Positions 1 through 9,337 of a stretch of 37,418 nt of DNA are shown here, piece by piece; the stretch's first letter is position 1; every line of letters starts with the position of its first letter. This stretch comes from Crocinitomicaceae bacterium. GTDB lineage: Bacteria > Verrucomicrobiota > Verrucomicrobiia > Verrucomicrobiales > Akkermansiaceae. Location: positions 1 to 37,418 of the forward strand of contig JBLHPP010000001.1 of the NCBI GenBank assembly GCA_047624385.1, read 5' to 3'. Under the pieces are notes generated by a model. It searched no databases. It saw only the letters and a list, made by a program, of their open reading frames with translations, and had not been told where the DNA came from. Made by a program: the position numbers and the translations under genes.

Positions 1-12
1 CAACTTATTTGG

Positions 13-31
13 GTTGCCGGAGGTAGCCTTA
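13..31. repeat. Probable terminal inverted repeat of a MITE-like element truncated by the window start
   Basis: Reverse complement of 13-31 (TAAGGCTACCTCCGGCAAC) matches 37293-37311 (TAGGGGCGCCTCCGGCAAC) at 15/19, with 11 contiguous identities. Confidence 0.5.
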
Positions 32-112
32 ATTATAAATTTATTCAAATGGGACTCGTTAGCTGTTTTATTTTTCTATAGATTCGTCTGTTGAGGGGCG
101 TTAGCCTTATTT

Positions 113-988
113 ATGGTCAATCACGTATCATCTAAGAATATTACTGGGAATTCTAGGGTTTTTGGTGACGAGTCCCAAGTCGAGGTTGTACGGTCGACTG
201 AGATGGACGGGCGTGAGTGGTTGGGTGATGCCCCTGTCTGTAAGGCGCTTGCTAAGCACAACATTTTACACGCGGCGGTGATGCATGCGAAAGAGGGCTT
301 TGCTGTTTCACGCGCGCATCAGTCGGGCACGTTCATGTTGGCCTGTCTGGCAGGCGAGGGGATGGTGCTAGTTGACGGTCGTTGGAAGAAAGTGAAGGCT
401 GGCCAGGCTTGTCTGCTGCCGCCCTTTGTAGCCAACTCACTTAAAGTGGTCGATGGGCAGGATTGGAAATTTTGTTGGGTACGTTATTTGGAATCTGAGA
501 GGTGGAAGCCTATTGTTTCAGAGGTTTCACCAGTGAGTGGCGACTTCAAAGGCGAGCCATTGGCATCTGCGATTCAGGGATTGATAGCGGAGTGTGAGGT
601 TGAACAATCACCAGCGGCTACGCATCTGTGGGTTGAGTTGATCCAGCATTACGTACTGAGCTTTGCCCAACCGCATCAAAAAGATGATCGACTTTGGAAA
701 CTATGGAATATGGTGGAAAAAAATATCAATAAAGATTGGTCGCTCAGCGACTTGGCATACGGAGCTAACCTCAGCGAGGAACACCTGAGAAGGCTATGTA
801 AGAAGCAACTGGGCCGAAGCCCTATGCAGCATCTTATATTCTTAAGGATGCAGAGAGCTAGCCATTTACTCTCAAGTTCTAGCGATAAAGTGGAGGTCGT
901 GGCTAAAGCCGTGGGCTATAGTTCAGCCTTCCATTTCTCGAACGTGTTTGCCAAGTGGGTGGGCTGTAGACCCTCTGAGCATAGATAG
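113..988 (+). CDS. AraC-family transcriptional regulator (N-terminal cupin-like domain, C-terminal double HTH)
   Basis: C-terminal WSLSDLA..ANLSEEHLRRL..LGRSP..RMQRA..LL..KVEVVAKAVGYSSAFHFSNVFAKWVGCRPSEHR is the AraC HTH signature. Confidence 0.93.
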   Translation: MVNHVSSKNITGNSRVFGDESQVEVVRSTEMDGREWLGDAPVCKALAKHNILHAAVMHAKEGFAVSRAHQSGTFMLACLAGEGMVLVDGRWKKVKAGQACLLPPFVANSLKVVDGQDWKFCWVRYLESERWKPIVSEVSPVSGDFKGEPLASAIQGLIAECEVEQSPAATHLWVELIQHYVLSFAQPHQKDDRLWKLWNMVEKNINKDWSLSDLAYGANLSEEHLRRLCKKQLGRSPMQHLIFLRMQRASHLLSSSSDKVEVVAKAVGYSSAFHFSNVFAKWVGCRPSEHR

Positions 989-1158
989 TGCTTGGTGAGT
1001 GGTGAGTAGCTAGTAGTCGGCCAGGATGGTAACTACTTAGAGCCGCCCAAAGTGCTCTTGTACGTCGGGCGGTGGCACAGCTTAAAGATTGTCGTGTGGT
1101 GTGACTTTATTTAGGAAAATCTTTCTTCTAAAAGAGCTTGCGCGTTCAGATTTCCGAG

Positions 1159-1212
1159 TGTTTACTACGAACAGGTAAACATAACAATACTTAGCAACTT
1201 TGTAATGTATTG
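1159..1212. promoter_or_regulatory. Candidate operator palindromes upstream of cysJ
   Basis: Perfect TGTTTAC-N9-GTAAACA (1159-1181) and imperfect CAATACTTAGCA...TGTAATGTATTG (1185-1212) just before the start codon. Confidence 0.35.
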
Positions 1213-1229
1213 GAAATTTCGTAAGAATT

Positions 1230-2990
1230 ATGATCCCATCACACGCTCCTTTTGACCCGAATCAGCGCACTGCAATCAATGCGCTGCTTCCTACTTTGAC
1301 GCCCGAGCAAAAAGCTTGGCTCAGTGGCTTCTTGGCCGCTTCGCATGGTGGCGCAGATGCAGCACCTGTTGCAGCTTCTAAACCATTGACAATACTTTAC
1401 GGTACCGAGTCCGGAAACTGCGAATCTTTGGCTGATAAGACAGCGAAAGAGGCGAAGAAAAAAGGCTTAAAGGTCGTTTCAAAAAACCTCGCTGACATTT
1501 CTGTAAAGGACATCAGTAAGTTTGAACATATAGCACTCATCATATCCACATGGGGTGACGGCGAGCCACCTGAAGCAGCCGTTGCATTCCATGAGGAATT
1601 CATGACTGCTGAGCTCGATCTCAAAGGCGTGAAGTTCTCCGTCTTGGCTCTAGGCGACACATCCTACGATAAGTTCTGCCAGACTGGTATTGATTTTGAC
1701 ACGCGTCTGGCAGCACTTGGAGCTGAGCGTGTGGCCGACCGCATGGACTGTGATGTCGACTTCGATGTCGACTTCGAAACCTGGAAAGGTGGGCTTTTCG
1801 AGGCGTTTGGTACAACTGATGATGCAGCACCTGCATTTGATATTCCAAGTCTTGCGCCGGCCGTGGAATACGGACGTAAGAATCCATTCCCAGCAGAAGT
1901 TCTGGAAAATCAACTTATCAACGGCGAAGGCTCAGCTAAAGAGACGATTCACCTAGAGCTCGACCTTGAAGGCTCAGGTCTCGACTACGAAGCTGGTGAT
2001 GCTCTCGCAGTGATCCCTGTTAACTCTGACGATGTGGTTGCTGTATTCCTCGCTGCATCTGGCCTCAGTGGTACGGAGCAAGTTGAAGTGAAAGGCGAAG
2101 AGATCAGCGACCTCAAGTACGCTCTCACTTACAAGCTCGATATCACCGGGCTGTCGCGCGCAGTCGCTAAGAAGTACTTTGCGCTCTCGCAGAGCGATGA
2201 GCTCGGCGAGATTGTCAGCGACGAAAAGAAGTCAGACTTTAAAAACTGGTCATGGGGCCGTGAGGTGGTTGACATTCTGGAGCTCTTCCCGGTGCAGAAG
2301 CTCGGAGCTCAGGCCTTGGTCGACATTCTCCGCAAGCTTCCGCCACGTCTTTACTCTATAGCATCTAGCCCTAAAGCTCACCCAGGTGAAGTTCACCTAA
2401 CCGTGGCTGCAGTGCGTTATGAAGGCCACGGCAAAGCGCGTCAGGGAGTGGCTTCCTGCTACATCGCGGACGAAGCCAAGACTGGCGAGAAGGTTCAGGT
2501 CTACGTTCACAAGAACAAGAACTTCCGTCTCCCAGAGGATACGGATAAGCCAGTCATCATGGTGGGACCTGGAACTGGAATAGCTCCATTCCGCGCATTC
2601 ATCGAAGAACGTGACGAAACAGCGGCGAAGGGCGAAACCTGGCTCTTCTTCGGCGACCAATGCTATACTTACGACTTCCTCTACCAACTCGAACTTCAGG
2701 ATCACCTCGAGTCTGGTGCTCTGACTAAGCTCGACGTTGCGTTCTCTCGTGACCAACCAGAGAAAGTTTACGTGCAGCATAAGATGCATGAACAAGGTGA
2801 AGAAATTTACAAGTGGCTCGAAGCGGGTGCTTACTTCTACGTCTGTGGCGATGCCGAGCGCATGGCTAAGGATGTGAACCAAGCTCTCATCGACATCGTT
2901 GCAAAGTACGGTGGTAAGTCAGCAGACGACGCAGCGGCATACATTGACGCACTAAAGAAGGACAAGCGCTACCAACGTGACGTCTACTAA
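1230..2990 (+). CDS. cysJ: Sulfite reductase (NADPH) flavoprotein subunit
   Basis: Flavodoxin motifs YGTESGN and STWGDGEPP, FAD motif RLYSIAS, NADPH motifs GPGTGIAPF and YVCGD, C-terminal RYQRDVY; adjacent to cysI. Confidence 0.96.
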   Translation: MIPSHAPFDPNQRTAINALLPTLTPEQKAWLSGFLAASHGGADAAPVAASKPLTILYGTESGNCESLADKTAKEAKKKGLKVVSKNLADISVKDISKFEHIALIISTWGDGEPPEAAVAFHEEFMTAELDLKGVKFSVLALGDTSYDKFCQTGIDFDTRLAALGAERVADRMDCDVDFDVDFETWKGGLFEAFGTTDDAAPAFDIPSLAPAVEYGRKNPFPAEVLENQLINGEGSAKETIHLELDLEGSGLDYEAGDALAVIPVNSDDVVAVFLAASGLSGTEQVEVKGEEISDLKYALTYKLDITGLSRAVAKKYFALSQSDELGEIVSDEKKSDFKNWSWGREVVDILELFPVQKLGAQALVDILRKLPPRLYSIASSPKAHPGEVHLTVAAVRYEGHGKARQGVASCYIADEAKTGEKVQVYVHKNKNFRLPEDTDKPVIMVGPGTGIAPFRAFIEERDETAAKGETWLFFGDQCYTYDFLYQLELQDHLESGALTKLDVAFSRDQPEKVYVQHKMHEQGEEIYKWLEAGAYFYVCGDAERMAKDVNQALIDIVAKYGGKSADDAAAYIDALKKDKRYQRDVY

Positions 2991-3042
2991 TCTGCTTCGC
3001 GAGAAGCTAGAATCAAGAATTTAGAACCAAGAATTTACTAAC

Positions 3043-4764
3043 ATGAGCGAAGAAAAGAAATTAGCAGTAAACGAATACCTCAAGATAGACTCTAACTATC
3101 TCCGTGGAAGGCTTGCTGAGGAACTCGCAGACACCTCTACTGGAGGCATCACTGAAGGCTCCGGACAGATGATTAAGTTCCATGGTTGCTACGTCCAAGA
3201 TGACCGCGACCTCCGCGCAAACCGCCGCAAGCACAAGCTCGAAAAGGCATACAGCTTCCTCATGCGTATCCGCCTTCCAGGTGGTGTGGTTTCTCCTAAG
3301 CAATGGCTCCACATGGACTGGATCTCGGAGAATTTCGCGAACAACACACTAAAGCTCACCACCCGTCAGGCATTCCAGCTTCACGGAGTGATCAAATCTC
3401 AGCTCAAGCGCACTATCCAGGAAATGGACAAGGTAGCGCTCGACTGTATAGCAGCCTGTGGTGATGTGAACCGCAACGTGATGTGCAACCCGAACCCACA
3501 CCTCAGCGCATCCCACAATGAGATGGTGCAACTGGCGGTTGATATCTCTGAGCACCTCCTTCCGCAAGGTGGTGCGTACCACGAGATCTTTCTCGATAAG
3601 GAAAGAGTGATTTCATCTGAAGAAGTAGTCGAGCCGATCTACGGCAAGACCTACCTTCCACGTAAGTTCAAAATTGCCATCGTGATCCCACCGTCTAACG
3701 ACTGTGATATTCACGCCAACGACCTTTCCTTCATCGCTATCCAAGACGGTGACAAGATTATAGGTTATAACATAGCAGTGGGTGGTGGCATGGGTATGAC
3801 TCACGGAGTTGAGACTACCTATCCACGTCTCGCAGACATCATCGGCTTCTGTACTCCAGAGCAGGTGGTCGATGTCTCTGAGAAGGTTCTTCTGGTACAG
3901 CGTGACTTCGGTAACCGTTATGATCGTAAGCAATCCCGTCTCAAGTACACCATTGATAGTCACAGTGCTGAATGGTTCACTGAGAAACTCAACGAGTACC
4001 TCGGCTACGAGATAGCACCCGTTCGTCCATATGAGTTCACCACCAATGGTGACAACTTCGGATGGCACGAAGATGAGACTGGTAATTGGCACCTCAACCT
4101 CTTCGTCGAAGGTGGTCGTGTGGTCGATTCACCAGCATTCCCAATGAAAACCGGACTTCGTGAGATAGCTAAAGTGTTGCAAGGTGAATTCCGCCTGACA
4201 GCAAACCAGAACCTTGCAATTTCAAACATCCCAGCTGATCAGAAGGCTGAGATCGAAGTGATCCTTGAGAAGTACAGGATCCTCAAGAGCCACGAGCGTT
4301 CTGCGCTTCGTCTCTCCTCGATCGCTTGCGTTTCTCTACCAACATGTGGCCTAGCTCTTGCAGAAGCTGAGCGATACCTCCCAGTGCTCATCACAGAGCT
4401 TGAGGAAGTTGTCGAAGAATGTGGTCTCCGCCACGACTCAATCACTATCCGCATGACGGGTTGCCCGAACGGCTGTGGTCGTCCATTCCTCTCCGAAATA
4501 GCTTTCGTAGGTCGTGGTCCAGGCCGCTACAACCTCTACCTCGGTGGTGGCCACGCGGGCCAACGCCTCAACAAACTCTATCGCCAGGATATGCTCGGCG
4601 TGGACGCGAAAGAGATCCTTAAACCAATCATCGAAGATTACGCGAAGAATCGCCTAGATGGCGAGCGCTTCGGTGACTTCGTCATTCGAGCTGGCTACGT
4701 GGACGCGACAGTCAACGGCCTGGATTTCCACAAGAATATCAAGCCGGAAGCCATTCCTAGCTAG
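3043..4764 (+). CDS. cysI: Sulfite reductase hemoprotein subunit (siroheme/4Fe-4S)
   Basis: LTTRQAFQLHG, ACGDVNRN, YLPRKFK, CVSLPTCGLA and GCPNGCGRP siroheme/FeS cysteine motifs. Confidence 0.97.
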   Translation: MSEEKKLAVNEYLKIDSNYLRGRLAEELADTSTGGITEGSGQMIKFHGCYVQDDRDLRANRRKHKLEKAYSFLMRIRLPGGVVSPKQWLHMDWISENFANNTLKLTTRQAFQLHGVIKSQLKRTIQEMDKVALDCIAACGDVNRNVMCNPNPHLSASHNEMVQLAVDISEHLLPQGGAYHEIFLDKERVISSEEVVEPIYGKTYLPRKFKIAIVIPPSNDCDIHANDLSFIAIQDGDKIIGYNIAVGGGMGMTHGVETTYPRLADIIGFCTPEQVVDVSEKVLLVQRDFGNRYDRKQSRLKYTIDSHSAEWFTEKLNEYLGYEIAPVRPYEFTTNGDNFGWHEDETGNWHLNLFVEGGRVVDSPAFPMKTGLREIAKVLQGEFRLTANQNLAISNIPADQKAEIEVILEKYRILKSHERSALRLSSIACVSLPTCGLALAEAERYLPVLITELEEVVEECGLRHDSITIRMTGCPNGCGRPFLSEIAFVGRGPGRYNLYLGGGHAGQRLNKLYRQDMLGVDAKEILKPIIEDYAKNRLDGERFGDFVIRAGYVDATVNGLDFHKNIKPEAIPS

Positions 4765-4878
4765 AGGAGTAAGGAAAAAGGGTAGAGGAAAAAAGGAGAA
4801 ATCTTTGCGGCGAAAGCCGCTAAATCTACCTAAAACATAACAACCTAACACGTAAAACAGGGAGCACAGCGACCTATT

Positions 4879-5607
4879 ATGAGTGCAGTAGATCAGAAAC
4901 TAACAGATGCAGAGCTTATAGCTAATACACTTGGCGCCAAGAAGGCGGGCGAGCGTGTCAAGTGGCTATATGAGGCTTATGGGGATCGCGTGATGGCGAG
5001 CACCAGCTTTGGTATACAGGCAGCTGTGATGGTTCATTTAATCAGTGAAAATGCCCCCAAAATGCCGATCGCATTCGTCGATACCGGCTATCTTTTTCCA
5101 GAGACATACAAGTACATCGAAACTCTGCAAGAGTGCTTCGATGTTGATCTTCGTGTCTATAACCCAAAGTTTTCAGCGGCGCGCCAAGAAGCGCTCTACG
5201 GCAAGCTTTGGGAGCAGGGTGAAGAGGGGAATGCCAAATATGGTTTGATCAATAAGATCGAACCACTTGACCGAGCGATCAAAGAGATTGGTGCTGATAT
5301 CTGGCTTAGCGGTCTCCGCCGTGCGCAGTCGAGCACACGAAAAGATCGGCCATTCGCTGAACAACAAAGTTCCACTACCAAAGCGTACCCGATACTCGAT
5401 TGGGCAGACGCGCAAGTGAATGTGTACTACAACATGCACGACCTACCCCGCCACCCGCTAGAAGCCGAGGGCTACATCACAATGGGTGATCATCATTCCA
5501 CAGTTCCAGCAACAGAGGGAATGAGCGCTGAAGAAACCCGTTATGGGGGGCAAAAATACGAGTGCGGCCTCCACTTGGAAAACGCCAATAGCGACTTCCA
5601 GATCTAG
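4879..5607 (+). CDS. cysH: Phosphoadenylyl-sulfate (PAPS) reductase-like, FeS-less type
   Basis: STSFG, DTGYLFPETY, SGLRRAQS and C-terminal ECGLH; lacks the CC...CxxC cluster ligands. Confidence 0.93.
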   Translation: MSAVDQKLTDAELIANTLGAKKAGERVKWLYEAYGDRVMASTSFGIQAAVMVHLISENAPKMPIAFVDTGYLFPETYKYIETLQECFDVDLRVYNPKFSAARQEALYGKLWEQGEEGNAKYGLINKIEPLDRAIKEIGADIWLSGLRRAQSSTRKDRPFAEQQSSTTKAYPILDWADAQVNVYYNMHDLPRHPLEAEGYITMGDHHSTVPATEGMSAEETRYGGQKYECGLHLENANSDFQI

Positions 5608-5647
5608 TTTTGAAGTAAGATTTAAGGATTTAATAAATAGAATTTCT

Positions 5648-5679
5648 AAACCACCAACTCTAGCGAGTTGGTGGTTTTT
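5648..5679 (+). terminator. Rho-independent terminator after cysH
   Basis: Perfect 13-bp stem AAACCACCAACTC-TAGC-GAGTTGGTGGTTT ending in a T run. Confidence 0.85.
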
Positions 5680-5682
5680 GTT

Positions 5683-5890
5683 AGCCCCAAAGTGGGCGTC
5701 ATATTATAGCCTGGGCCAACGCCCTAGGTTTGGTCGGGGGAACCCTCAAGCCCTATGGGGGCGAGCTAATTCTTAAGGGTCTTTAACTATGATTCCTATG
5801 AGTTATATCGCCCATTCAGGTCTCGAACTATCAAAATCGATTCTTCTCAGAGCGTTGCCCTGGGCTACGTTAGAATACCCCTTTGGGGTT
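5683..5890. repeat. Degenerate REP/REPIN-like long inverted repeat
   Basis: AGCCCCAAAG..AGCCTGGGCCAACGCCCTAGG..AGCCCTATGGGGGCGA is mirrored by TCGCCCATTCAGGTCT..GCGTTGCCCTGGGCT..CCCCTTTGGGGTT. Confidence 0.65.
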
Positions 5891-6138
5891 CATAACAGGC
5901 CCAGTGAATGAAAGTCCCCTCGATTTACGTATGGCGATAGTCGCTCTTAAATCCGTGCCATTCGCGACTGGTGGACTATTTATATAGTTTTGATCCAGCT
6001 CATTTACGAGTTGATTGTTCTTTAATCAATGAATCATAAGATATTGTATAAAGTTAGCTCATTTCCCTCTGGTCAAACTGTTGTTTGGATGGGAAAGTAC
6101 GTCTGTTCAAATCAAGCAAATTTCAAACTAATATTACT

Positions 6139-7107
6139 ATGGGAATCCTAGCACAAAATATGGTCGACACAGTCGGCAACACACCACTTATCAAGCTTAA
6201 CAAAATCACTGAAGGCCTCGATGCTGAGATCTACGTGAAAGGTGAATTTTTCAACCCGCTCTTCAGCGTCAAGGACCGTATCGGTAAGTCCATGATCGAA
6301 GCAGCTGAGAAAGATGGTTCACTCAAGCCAGGCGGTACAATCATCGAGCCTACTTCTGGTAACACAGGAATTGCTCTTGCATTCGTATCACGCGCCAAGG
6401 GCTATCGTTGTGTTCTCACAATGCCAGAGTCTATGTCTATTGAGCGTCGCGTACTACTTCGCATGCTTGGAGCTGAGATTGTTCTTACTCCTGCCGCAAA
6501 AGGCATGGGTGGTGCGATCGCAAAGGCAAAGCAACTGCTCGAAGAAGATCCAACAGCGTTTGGCCCATCACAGTTCGACAATCCAGCGAACCCACAAGCA
6601 CACCGTGAAACAACGGCTGAAGAGATTTGGAGCGCACTCGACGGCGACGTTGACTTCCTCGTCTCAGGTGTAGGTACAGGTGGTACCATCACTGGTATTG
6701 CTGAAGTGATAAAGGCGCGTAAACCAGATTTCAAAGCAATCGCGGTAGAGCCAGAGAACTCTCCAGTTATCGCTGGTGGTTCCCCTGGTCCTCACAAAAT
6801 CCAGGGCATTGGCGCTGGATTCATCCCTGGTAACCTTAATACAGACATCATCGACGGCACAATCAATGTGACTAATGAAGATGCATTTGAGACTGCTCAG
6901 AAGCTCGCTCAGCTAGAAGGCCTTCCAGCTGGTATCTCTACAGGTGCGAACGTATGGGCGGCTATTCAGCTAGCAAAGCGTCCAGAAGCGAAGGGCAAGA
7001 AGATCGTAACGATCGGTTGTTCTAGCACCGAGCGCTACCTCTCGACTCCGCTCGCAGCAAAAATCCGCGAGGAAGTGGCTAACCTTCCAGTTTCAGAAAT
7101 CGTATAA
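6139..7107 (+). CDS. cysK: Cysteine synthase A (O-acetylserine sulfhydrylase)
   Basis: GNTPL, PLP-lysine motif SVKDRI, EPTSGNTG, GVGTGGT, PHKIQGIG. ATG at 6139 preferred over the upstream TTG at 6085. Confidence 0.96.
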   Translation: MGILAQNMVDTVGNTPLIKLNKITEGLDAEIYVKGEFFNPLFSVKDRIGKSMIEAAEKDGSLKPGGTIIEPTSGNTGIALAFVSRAKGYRCVLTMPESMSIERRVLLRMLGAEIVLTPAAKGMGGAIAKAKQLLEEDPTAFGPSQFDNPANPQAHRETTAEEIWSALDGDVDFLVSGVGTGGTITGIAEVIKARKPDFKAIAVEPENSPVIAGGSPGPHKIQGIGAGFIPGNLNTDIIDGTINVTNEDAFETAQKLAQLEGLPAGISTGANVWAAIQLAKRPEAKGKKIVTIGCSSTERYLSTPLAAKIREEVANLPVSEIV

Positions 7108-7133
7108 TTAGGTTTTTAGAGAACTTTTTAAAT

Positions 7134-7167
7134 GCCCGTGGCGTAATTGCTGCGGGCTTTTTCTTTT
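7134..7167 (+). terminator. Rho-independent terminator after cysK
   Basis: GCCCGTGGCG-TAAT-TGCTGCGGGC (with G-U pairs) followed by TTTTTCTTTT. Confidence 0.8.
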
Positions 7168-7200
7168 ACTTTTAGAATCGGCTGTTAGCTTGATCCCAAC

Positions 7201-8244
7201 ATGGACGCGCTAATCAAATGTGTACAATCGGGGCATGAGCTCGCAGCGGATCAAATCCTTGCGGCGGCTGAATTCTTATTAGATGAAGATGCTTCTATTG
7301 AGAAAAAGGTAAACTTCCTCAAAGGCTTGTCAGCGAAGGGGGAGACTCCTGCCGAGATAGCGGGCTTTGTGGAAGCATTTCTTGAACGTGCTGTCGACCC
7401 CGGTATGACTGGTATGACCTTTGATGGCCCAACTATTGATGTTTGCGGTACCGGCGGCGACAAGCTCAACCTCTTTAACGTCTCGACCACTAGCATGTTC
7501 GTCATCGCCGCTGGTGGAGCAACTGTCGTCAAGCACGGCAACCGCGGTATCACTTCAAAGAGTGGTGGTGCTGATGTGTTAGAAGCATTAGGTATTCGCC
7601 TAGATATCTCACCGAAAACCTTCCGAAAATGCCTCGATGAAGCGGGAGTAGGTTTTCTTTTCGCACAAATGTACCATCCAGCATTCAAGGCTGTTGGACC
7701 AGTACGCGCAGAGCTCGCCAAAGAAGGAATCCGGACTATTTTCAATTTGGTAGGGCCGCTGCTTAACCCAGTCCGTCCACAGTGCCAGTTGATTGGAGTG
7801 TGCGATCCAGCACTTGGCCCAGTCTTCTCAGAAATCCTTCAACGTCTCGGTCGCGAGAGTGCTTGGATCGTCAATGGCAACACTGCCGACGGCCGTCCAG
7901 TCGATGAGATGAGTCTGATGGGGACCACTGAAATCTTTAAATCAGGTAGTCAGCAAGAGCTGGTTCATGAAACTGTGCAGCCGACCGATTTCGGACTGAC
8001 AGTTTGTAATGAAGTTGAGCTCGAAGGTGGTGAAGCTGATGAGAATGCCCAAATCCTCGTTGATATACTTTCCGGCAAAGAGACTGGAGCAAAGCGTGAG
8101 ATGGTACTTCTCAATGCTGGTGCTGGCCTAGCCTGTGCCGGACTTGCCGATGATATCGCTGACGGTGTCCAAAAGGCAGGTGAACTCATCGATTCAGGAG
8201 CCGCACTGGAGCGCCTTCGTAAGCTTCAAGCAACTGCGAAGTAG
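7201..8244 (+). CDS. trpD: Anthranilate phosphoribosyltransferase
   Basis: DVCGTGGD, NVST, KHGNRGITSKSG, YHPAFK, RTIFNLVGPLLNP motifs. Confidence 0.95.
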   Translation: MDALIKCVQSGHELAADQILAAAEFLLDEDASIEKKVNFLKGLSAKGETPAEIAGFVEAFLERAVDPGMTGMTFDGPTIDVCGTGGDKLNLFNVSTTSMFVIAAGGATVVKHGNRGITSKSGGADVLEALGIRLDISPKTFRKCLDEAGVGFLFAQMYHPAFKAVGPVRAELAKEGIRTIFNLVGPLLNPVRPQCQLIGVCDPALGPVFSEILQRLGRESAWIVNGNTADGRPVDEMSLMGTTEIFKSGSQQELVHETVQPTDFGLTVCNEVELEGGEADENAQILVDILSGKETGAKREMVLLNAGAGLACAGLADDIADGVQKAGELIDSGAALERLRKLQATAK

Positions 8245-8384
8245 AGGAGAGTGAGGAGTTGTTTCATCGTCCAGCACTTTCGAACCTTTCGTGTTTTTCG
8301 CGGTAAAGACACTCCATCTAGTCCAGAACATCTGTGGTGGAAATCATCCGTCCAAGATGAACGCCTTTTTGGATTTGAAGAATC

Positions 8385-9329
8385 TTAGTCTTTCGATGCC
8401 TTTGGGTCTAATGCATCTCGCAGGCCATCGCCGAGGAAGTTGAAGGCGAAGAGCGTGATTGAGAATACTAGTGCAGGGAAGAGGAGTACGGTAAAGTTTG
8501 TCTCTAAGTAGTTGGCTCCCTCCTGAATGAGTTTACCCCATGAGCTGTTAGGTGGTTCGATCCCTAGTCCTATGAATGAGAGTGCGGCCTCATAGAGTAT
8601 GAAGCTAGGGATGGTAAGAGTGGTGAAGATGATGATGGGTCCCAGAGAGTTAGGGATGATGTGCATGAATAGGATGCGTTTGTGGCTGAGTCCTAGTGAA
8701 CGAGCAGCCTCAACATACTCTAGCTGGCTAAGTGAGGCTGTTTGAGTACGGACAATCCGGCTCATGGCAAGCCAGCCTGATGCTCCAATAGCGATGAAGA
8801 GTGGGATGATATTTTGGTAACGCAGGACAAAGTCGCGGTTCCATCCTTGTTCTTCAGTGAGAAATTTCCCAATAGTTTCAATGTGTCCACTGATGACTTC
8901 GCGGAAGAGAATCACGATGATGAGGAATGGTAAGGCGAGTAGTCCGTCGACAACACGCATCATTGTGTTGTCCAATTTTCCACCGACATAGCCAGAGATG
9001 GCACCATAAGCGATACCTATGGTTACTGAGATAGCTGTCGCGGCGAAGGCGACTAATAGTGAAATTTGACCACCGTAGAGTATCCGAGCCAGCAGGTCGC
9101 GACCAATCTGGTCAGTACCTAGTGGGTATTCCATGCTCGGTGGGAGCAGCTTGTTGGCTAGTTCACCTCTGTTGGGATCGACTTGGTAGATAAACGGGCC
9201 AATGAAGCAAGCGAGGACAATAAAGACCACTGTCCAGAGGCTAATAATAGAGAGCTTGTTTTTTGAAAGACGAATCCACGCGTCATTCCAGAGCGAGCTT
9301 CCTTCTATAGGATGAGAATTAGTTGCCAT
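8385..9329 (-). CDS. oppC: Oligopeptide ABC transporter permease, OppC-like
   Basis: LGTDQIGRDLLARILYGGQISL, EAA loop EYVEAARSLG, C-terminal NFLGDGLRDALDP. Confidence 0.93.
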   Translation of the reverse strand: MATNSHPIEGSSLWNDAWIRLSKNKLSIISLWTVVFIVLACFIGPFIYQVDPNRGELANKLLPPSMEYPLGTDQIGRDLLARILYGGQISLLVAFAATAISVTIGIAYGAISGYVGGKLDNTMMRVVDGLLALPFLIIVILFREVISGHIETIGKFLTEEQGWNRDFVLRYQNIIPLFIAIGASGWLAMSRIVRTQTASLSQLEYVEAARSLGLSHKRILFMHIIPNSLGPIIIFTTLTIPSFILYEAALSFIGLGIEPPNSSWGKLIQEGANYLETNFTVLLFPALVFSITLFAFNFLGDGLRDALDPKASKD

Positions 9330-9337
9330 GGTCAGAA

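Noticed and set aside
5543-5776. 77-aa ORF after cysH
   Set aside because: Overlaps cysH and runs through a terminator and REP-like repeat.
5900-6138. Possible SAM riboswitch or FNR box before cysK
   Set aside because: No SAM-I/II/V consensus seen; TTGAT...ATCAA has 9-nt rather than 4-nt spacing.
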